Below the pieces are notes generated by a model. That model was given only the letters and a program-made list of their open reading frames with translations, made no database searches and was not told the DNA's origin. A DNA stretch of 64,000 bases, taken from positions 179,366,001-179,430,000 of the forward strand of contig JBITNC010000001.1 in assembly GCA_050084985.1 (NCBI GenBank). The letters run 5' to 3'. The position numbers and the translations under genes are program-made. Origin of the DNA: Nageia nagi (Eukaryota; Plantae; Pinophyta). This document shows positions 55,621-64,000 of this stretch, in pieces (the stretch's first letter is position 1; each line of letters opens with the position of its first letter).

Positions 55621-57534
55621 AGTGGTATTAGAGCTTTCCTTGTGGTAATTCTTCTCAAATTTAAGGTATATCTAACCTTTAAGCTTGTTTCCATTTTTTT
55701 ATTTGAAACTTCATGGTTAGTATATTTCAATTTCTTATTTTAAAGTTGAAATTTGATTTCTATACTAACATGTGTTATCTTGAGATTAATGGACTAAAAT
55801 CTAAGGTAAATATTACCTTAGTTACATGTTAGTACTTTTTCCTTTTTGTTCAAATCTAACATGTGATATATGGTTAGATTATAAATCTTGTGATTTGATA
55901 TCTAGACTAATATATTTATGCTAGAATTCTTGGCTAAGATCTAACATTTTTTTATCTTAGTAACATGTTAGTAGTATTTGAAGTTAGATCTAACATATAG
56001 TATATGGTTAGATTTTTAAGATCTTAAAAATTAGTGCTTCTAATTATTTTTACATAGTCAAATCTAATATTTCTTAATTAGATTTTTAAAACTATACTAA
56101 GATCTTACTAAGTTGCAAGCTTACAAAAATCTAATTTATGATTTTTGAAATAAATTTTCTAGCAAGAAAGTTAAAATATTATCTTGCTATATTCATGCAA
56201 TTTTTTTTCTTGAGGTTACATTTTTTTTCATTATAACAAAAGTTTGCAAATTTTTTATGGAAATTTGATGAAATGTTTATATATATAATTTTATGTACAT
56301 ATATATAAAAATGGAAGGTTTATATATATATTTGTTAATAAAAAAGAGAATTTTTTTTACAATTTAAAAACAAAAAAATAAAAAAAGGCACATGCACGTA
56401 GCCTCGAGTGGGTGGCTCATGCAGCCCCTAATGGGCATGGCCCCTAGGTGGCTTGCATACCCCCTAGTGGGTGTGTAGCCTTTGGGTGGCATGCAACCCC
56501 TGGTGGTGTGCACAACCTCTAGTGGGCATGTGGACCCTGGGTGGTGTGTTGCCCTTAAAGGGCATGCGATCGCTCAAGAGGCATGTTGCCCTTCTATGCT
56601 GCACACATAGCCCTAATGGGTGTGACCTTGATGAGAGGTAGTGTGCATGTGACATACTTGCCAATTGTAATTTTTTTCCCATTCTCTCCTCTACTCCTCT
56701 CTTTTTGCAAACTTCCTGCAATTTTTTTCCCTCTAATATGATAGAGGGTTTCATATAGAACCTCTATATTTAATGAGGGTTTTTTTTTTTAAATTTTTGG
56801 AAGGTAAATATTAAAGTTAATTTTTTTTTGGAGCACATATATAAAGCATGCATGGGCATTTCTAATGGATGCACATATATAAAGTTGATTTTTTCCATCT
56901 TTACTTTTTATAAAACTTATGCTTTCTTTTTTTTTATCTTATAATATTATTATAAGATATATAAAATACAAAGGGATAATTAATTTTTTTCTTTTAATCT
57001 TATTGTATTGGAAATAATAAGTGAGGATAATTTCTATGCTTTTTTATTATTTTTTTAACTTTATGGCAAAGAATGTGGCCTTTAAGTAAAAGCTTAAATA
57101 TTATTATTTAAAACATTTTGTTAATGTTATTATAAAATTAAGTTTTTTTAAAAAAACTTGCCAAGTTATATCTTTTATTGATCATTATATATTTTTTTCC
57201 TATGGTTAATTTTTTTTTTTAATCTTAAACAAATGATAAAGGTAACAATGTAAAATTTTCAATTGGACATATTTGACTCAATTTTGGAAGGCAAATTTTT
57301 TAAAAATTAATTAATAATGTCCAATACATTTCACACCAATTTTATGCACACTATTTATTATGAAGTTGCATAATGTTAAATATATGCACTATTTATTGTG
57401 AATATGCATAATGTTTAAAATGCTTTAATGTGCATAGTGTTTAAAGTAAAATTTAGGTAAAAATTTCTTTCAACCTATGATATGCACTATTCTTATTGGT
57501 TGCAATGCTATGCAATTTTTTTGTGGATATGCAT

Positions 57535-59749
57535 AGTCTTTGAAGTGAAAATTTAAGTAAATATTTATTTTAAACTATGATATGGACTATCCTTAATGGT
57601 TGACATATTGTTAAAATAGACACTTCTATATGGATTGATGCCACTATACTTACATAATTGGAAAGTTAAATCCATGTTTATAGATTGATGCCACTATACT
57701 CCCATGATGGATTGATTACCTCATTGCTATTTGTTAGTAAGTTGTAGTAGATGGAGTGGTTAAAAAAGTTCATCCTTTTCCATGATTATATTATTGGAAT
57801 GGCTAAAAACATTTTCCCTTCTCCATGATTTCACATTGCTGGGGTGGTTAAAAATGTTTTATCTTATCCAAAATTGTAATTATTTGATTAAATTTGAATC
57901 CATGTTGATGGATTAATGCTACCAAATTTTATCATATGCATATTGACTAGTAGCATAATCAAGTTGGTATTAGGAACTTATGCTTTGCCTCATTAATCTT
58001 GGATTTATGTCTGGTCAAGTTGGCATTTGTAACTTAAAAATCTTAACTTGGTGGTTTAGTTAAGTTAGGTTTTGTTAGTTTATGACATGGTTAAGATAAT
58101 ATGGTAACATAAGTATTTTTTTGGTGAAGTTATCAAGTTGGTATTAGGAACTTATGCTTTGCCTCATTAATCTTGGATTTATGTTTGGTCAAGTTGGCAT
58201 TTGTGACTTAAAAATCTTAACTTGGTGGTTTAGTTAAGTTAGGTTTTGTTAGTTTATGATATGGTTAAGATAATATGGTAACATAAATATTTTTGGTGAA
58301 GTTATCATCATGGGGGAGAATTATGTTATGAAAATATTATGATGTGATGACACCCTCATATACCCTCAACAAATACTAAATAAAAAGTTAGTCTTTGAAG
58401 TGAAAATTTAAGTAAACATTTCTTTCAAACTATGATATGCACTATCCTTAATGGTTGAAATATTGTTAAAATGGACACTTGTATATGGATTGATGCCACT
58501 ATACTTACATGATTAAAAAGTTAAATCCATATTTATGTATTGATTCCACTATACTCCCATGATGGATTGATTACCTTATTTATATTTTTTATCAAGTTGT
58601 AGTGGATGGAGTGGTTAAAAAGGTTCACTCCTTCCAATGACTATATTATTGGAATGGCTAAAAATGTTTTTCCTTCTCCATAATTGCACTTTGTTGGAGT
58701 GGTTAAAAAGGTTTTCCCTTCTCCAAAATTGCAATTGCTTGATTAAATTTGAATCTATGATGATGGATTAATGCTACCAAATTTTATCATATGCATATTG
58801 ACTAGTAGCATAGTCAAGTTTGCATTAGGAACTTATGCTTTGCCTCATTAATCTTGGATTTATGTTTGGTCAAGTTGGCATTTGTGACTTAAAAATCTTA
58901 ACTTGGTGGTTTAGTTAAGTTAGGATTTGTTAGTTTGTGACATGGTTAAGATAACATGGTAACATAAGTATTTTTTTGGTGAAGTTATCATCAAGGGGGA
59001 TAATTATGTTATTAAAATATTATGATGTGATGATACCCTCATATACCCTCAACAAATACTATATAAAAATTTAGTCTTTGAAGTGAAAATTTAAATAAAC
59101 ATTTATTTCAAACTATGATATGCACTATCCTTAATGGTTGACATATTGTTAAAATGGACACTTGTATATGGATTTATACCACTATACTTACATGATTAAA
59201 AAGTTAAATCCATATTTATAGATTTATGCCACTATATTCCCATGATGGATTGATTACCTTATTTATATTTGTTAGCAAGTTATAGTGGATGGAGTGGTTA
59301 AAAAGGTTCACCCTTTTCCATGACTATATTATTGGAATGGCTAAAAATATTTTTCCTTCTCCATGATTGCACATTATTGGGGTGGTTAAAAAGGTTTTTT
59401 TTTCTTCAAAATTGCAATTTTTTGATTAAATTTGAATCCATGATGATGGATTAATGCTACCAAATTTTATCATATGCATATTGACTAGTAGCATAGTCAA
59501 GTTGGCATTTGGAGCTTATGCTTTGCCTTATTAATCTTGGATTTGTGTTTGCTCAAGTTGGTATTTGTGACTTAAAAATCTTAACTTCATGTTTTAGTCA
59601 AGTTGGGTTTTGTTAGATTGTGACATGGTTAAGATAACATGGTAACATAAGTATTTGTTTGGTGAAGTTATCATCAAGGGGGAGAATTATGTTATAAAAA
59701 TATTATGATATGATGATACCCTCATATACCCTCAACAAATACTAAATAA
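57535..59749 (+). repeat. Three tandem ~683-bp units; unit 1 carries an internal ~173-bp duplication
   Basis: AGTCTTTGAAGTGAAAATTTAA at 57535, 58390 and 59073; duplicated block ~57959-58131 / 58132-58303. Confidence 0.95.
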
Positions 59750-60467
59750 TGATTTAAAATAATAAAATAAAATAAAAAATCATTTTTTTTTTATATTTTT
59801 TTTATTGAAAATAAAATTATATCACTTGGTTGATAGTGCATTTGTTGATGTTGTGCACATATGATATTATTGATATCATATTATATTGATGTTGTGCACA
59901 TATGATATTTTTAATATCATGATATGTTGATATTATGATATTATTAGATATCATTTTTGATGATGATGTTGATTTCATGTTATGAATGGTATATTTTGTT
60001 TAATATGCACATGTCATATTTAGTTGATGATGTATGTCATATTTGATGTTGTGCATATGTGTTAACTGAGTATATTTTATCAATTTATAGGCGATATCTA
60101 TCTTAAATGAATGTATATGATACATCTAATTGATCTTGTTGATGAGTTACTTATAGATTGTAGGTTTCTTCTTGAGATTATAGGTTACTTTGGGTATGCA
60201 AGCTTATTTCTAGAGGCTCATCATATAAACATATTGTTAAATGAATACTCTTGTACAATAAAACTATTTTTTAATTAATGATTGTCAAGTAAAACTATTT
60301 GTTAAAAAGGTTAAGTAATTGAACCATTATAGAACCATCTATATTCTATTACTTTTTTAAAGATGTAAAAGTTATCATCTCCACTTATATCTATATGAAG
60401 GAGAACTCTCTCTTACTATTTCTTTTTATATTTTCTACTCTTTACTCAATATTACATTAAGGGGGAG

Positions 60468-60944
60468 TGTTGAAAATTATAATGCATTATTGTGTAATAT
60501 TTCTATTTAATCTAAATTTACTTAATGTTTGAAGTATCTTTAGATACCTTAAAGTATTAAGAAAATAAATATAGAAATATCTTTAACCTTACATTTGGGT
60601 TAAAGGAAGGTTAAAGAATGGGTTTCATCTTATAAATATAGTGCTACCCTCTCTCATTCTATATAGATGAAACATGGTAATGGTTATCTTGTAGGAATGC
60701 TCTTATAGGAGCTTTGTAGAAGAATTCTTATAGTAGTTTTTTTAAAAATTTGTAGGAGTTATTTTATAATAAGCAATAGAAGAGATGGTTTAAAGTGGAT
60801 GTACTCCCAAGAGTTGGAGGAAACACTATAAATGGTGTATTATCTTTTATGTGATTATTTTTTGCTTTTCTAGATAGATGAATGTTAGATTTGTTGGATA
60901 AGCTTCAAGGAGATCTTGGTTTATGGAATCCTTAAATTCCATCA
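60468..60944 (+). repeat. 3' LTR
   Basis: Follows the PPT; aligns to 55124-55620. Confidence 0.92.
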
Positions 60945-61171
60945 AGCTAGAGGTTCTTGGTGAGATTGTAACACTCACATTTGATGGATTTAACTAATTT
61001 TTCTAAGTCATAACATGGTTGGGATTCACTTTTGATGGTGTTATTTTCTCCAAAATCTCATATACAAATACTTTTTGTTGCAATTTTTGATTAATAGTCT
61101 CTCCCCCTTCATCAAAAATGGTATCTCTAGAAATAATTATCTTGTGATTCTTGGAATTATAGAATTTATAA

Positions 61172-62019
61172 TGTAGACACCTAAAAATGTCCCCTTTTTA
61201 ACTAGTAAACATTGAAATAATCATAACTCTTTATACAAGCCTCAAATAAGCTTGAAAAATCCATTATTGGATAGCTCTCATCGAGTACATGCAAAACGAG
61301 TGGTCACATGACCCCTTTTCGATAAAAATTGACTATTTGGCGGTCATTTTAATATTGTTATAAAATTGTTAACCAGTCGCTGGCGACCCAAAACAAACGC
61401 CGACATTTTGAGCCAGTCGTCGGCGTTCGTCTTCTAGTCGTCGGTGACTCTGTAACAGCCAAAAAGACACCAAAATAGTGAGAGAAAGTTGAAATGTTTT
61501 GACTTTCCAAAATGAGGTGGATAGAGGGGGTCAGTTACGACCTACAGTGGCTGTTCACTTCCTCTTACCAGCCTTGAAACATCTCATCCAAAATCTATAA
61601 TTACAAGCTAACACAAAGCAAATTGGAGAGGATCTTGACCCAATTTTGGAGTAGGGTAATGCTGCCAAAATCTTGTGAGCTCATACCTTTTATTGTTTTA
61701 TGTTAGCTTCAATTTAATACATGTAATACATAGATGCTTTGATGTTATTGTCTTTTGCATGTGTGTAGGATTTACAGGTTGTTCATATCAAGGAGAGAAG
61801 CAAGCAAATCAAAACAATGGAGATCTAATAATTTTATTTTGGCAAATGGCATTTGTAAAAGTCCCTTCCAAGGGAAAATTGTAGTTTGAGCTAAAAATCA
61901 ATATCAATTCATAATTATAGCATTTTTATCTATTTTGTATAATTTGAGGTTCAGTGAAGATTTAAGAATAATTTGTATTTCATGTTATTCTACATTCCAG
62001 CTCTATTTTCACTGCAACA
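61172..62019 (+). mobile_element. Young solo LTR (848 bp), Tat/Ogre-like terminus
   Basis: TGTAGACACC...GCAACA; perfect TSD TATAA (61167-61171, 62020-62024). Removal restores copia SKVY-KFYN. Many CpGs retained. Confidence 0.92.
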
Positions 62020-63644
62020 TATAAACTTTTGAATTCTTATAATATCCTATAAAAAAACAAGCTTTAGATTTAGCATCCAAATTTCTCCACTTCTCATCAT
62101 TTACTTGCACATATTCAAGAAAACCAAACACACTCAAGTGTTGCAAATTTTCATTTCTTTGAAACCAAGCTTCATATGGGGTAATTTTATCCAAACTTCT
62201 TGTAAGAGACCTATTCAAAATGTACATATTTATTCCTACTTATTAAGTCCAATAAATATTGAACTTTTTTTTCTTTGCATCATGCTTCTAGCCATCTCAA
62301 CCAATGTCCTATTTTTCCTTTTCACTGCACCATTTTGTTGCGGTGTTTAGGGATAGGTGAGGTGTCTCCTAATACCATTCTCTTTGCAATACTGACATAA
62401 TTCATTGCTAGAATACTCTTCTCCTCTCTCACTTCTCAAACACTTCACATGATATCCACTTTACATCTAAACAAAAAATTTGAACTTCTTTAAATAGTAA
62501 ATGCTTCATCCTTTCTCTTAATGAAGTAAACTCAACACATTCTAATGAAATCATCAATGAAAGTGATAATGTAGGATAATTTATTAAAAATTTAATTTTA
62601 CATAGGCACATAAATGTTGATATGGACCAATTAGAGAGGGTTTTGGTCTCTCCATGCTTCTTCCTTTGAAAACTTTCTCCTTGCTTACTTTCCAAGTGCA
62701 CATCCCTCATACACTTCTTTACAATCTTCTACTTATGGTAGCCCTATCACAATTGATGGAAGAGTATTCAAACACTAAAAATTCAAGTTCCCAAACCTCA
62801 TATGATAAAGTGCATTTTTATATTCAATTCCCACAAATACAAAGTGTCAAATACCACTTTTTGATGCCTCTTTTTTATCCTTGATTTTATGATTAGAATT
62901 TGTCTAAACCTAGGGGTTGACTTGATAAATGCATACTTTGGGTTCTTAATATTTGGAAGATGTTGTATTTTCATGATATATATATTAGAGGGTAAAAAAA
63001 TATGGTTATAACATTTTTTATATGCTCATCATATTAAGTTTTATAGAGTTATGGATCCACTATAATGGATCTTATAGATAAAATGATATCTTATAATTTT
63101 AGCACCAATGTTATTTAATGTTGAGCTTCATATTAATATTAGGTTACATGATTACTTATTTAAGGATCATTATTGTTTAAATAGTATGTTTAAATAATAA
63201 TAGATTATACCATTAGAGATATTAATGATAGTAAGTATTTATTTCTTTATTCTTAATGATTAATTTTAAAAAGGGAGTATGTAAATAATATGACAATGAT
63301 GATATTTGTGTGCACCATATTTATTTCAAAATATTTTAAGTTCTAGTTGGCACTTCTCCCATGTGGATATTTAAAGTAGTTATTTTTTAATCATATGGAT
63401 GTTACTTCAAATTTCTTACAAATATTGGAGAAGAATATAATGGATTTTTTAGTTAATCTTAAAACAAGTAGCTAGAGTGATGTGTAAAGGAAAATAGGAT
63501 GAGTTTTGATGGCATGTGAAGGGGGTTTTATTTTGGAAAAAAAGGGGGTAAGCAGATAGGGGAGCTAGGGTATGATATTCTACAATGCTTGCAAGGTAAG
63601 GGAAGCATATATTTAAATAAGGTTCAAGGCACTTTGATATGGGT

Positions 63645-64000
63645 TGTAGACACCTCAAAATGAACCTTTATGTATTTAATAAATCATTTTCAACCTTTAA
63701 AAATGTATTATTTTAAAAAGGATTTAAAATGTATAAAAGAGGTGTAGGCTATATATTTGACCCTTGTGGATTATACGAGTGGTCAAATCCTATAATAGAA
63801 GCATCCTTATATAAATGCATTAAATACATACAAAGACAAGGGATGGGATTATTATTAGAAGGATACTAGATAAAGGATAAATTATAGAAGATCCAAGGCT
63901 TCTATCAACTGAAGATTGAATAGAGAATCAAGGACTCGAACATCATTTGCAAAGTAAATCTTTACAAGGTCTTCTTATCTATAGCAAGCAAATATCTTAT
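63645..64000 (+). repeat. Start of another LTR, running off the window
   Basis: TGTAGACACCTCAAAATG matches the termini at 61172, 75 and 3941. Confidence 0.65.

Larger units (their letters stand above)
55124..60944 (+). mobile_element. Non-coding non-autonomous LTR element (LARD-type, copia-like PBS/PPT)
   Basis: LTRs 55124-55620 and 60468-60944 (TGTTG..CCATCA); PBS TGGTATTAGAGC 55623-55634; PPT AAGGGGGAG 60459-60467; TSD AGATA/AGCTA. No coding remnant seen in the 4.8-kb interior. Confidence 0.9.
53490..62880 (-). pseudogene. pol: Ty1/copia pol remnant in three pieces (62880-62020 integrase; 61166-60950 linker; 55118-53490 RT-RNase H)
   Basis: TP.QNGAVKRKNRTLVEMARSM; YILNRS..TPYEAW..LDAKSKACFFIGY; AMNEEIDVIEWNDTW..KVIGSKWVYKIK; YRSIIKSLMFLTNTKLDLQFSVSL; LIGFSDSD; ISWSSRK. 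Confidence 0.93.

Noticed and set aside
56464-56754. 96-aa ORF inside the LARD
   Set aside because: It arises from a GC-rich low-complexity repeat patch and has no gag similarity.

Overview
AT-rich, strongly CpG/CHG-depleted plant nuclear DNA with no intact host gene. The PLS-PPR motif style and element families suggest a gymnosperm or conifer (inference). The window is a stack of nested, decayed transposons: two Tat/Ogre-like Ty3/gypsy gag remnants (75-~5430); a fairly young 2.8-kb deletion-derivative chromovirus with 372-bp LTRs and a perfect TSD (6488-9279); two old Tekay/Del-like chromoviruses (+16845-27007 and -~32150-53390, the latter carrying a solo LTR that itself carries a LINE); and a Ty1/copia pol remnant split by a non-coding LARD-type element (55124-60944) and a young solo LTR (61172-62019). 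The most unusual item is a decayed multi-exon gene at ~10150-14130. It joins an En/Spm TnpA(Tnp1)-like domain to a putative cysteine-protease domain homologous to the C-terminal domain of plant NT-C2 proteins, where a ULP1 protease is the usual cargo. An antisense PPR fragment sits between the two domains. Other notable items are a shared non-canonical primer-binding motif (TTCA(C/T)AT(C/T)A..AGC) in both old chromoviruses, an in-frame Gag-chromodomain-tail fusion, and a 3.9-kb CpG-retaining insertion inside an LTR. All translations and alignments were done by eye; no database searches were run.
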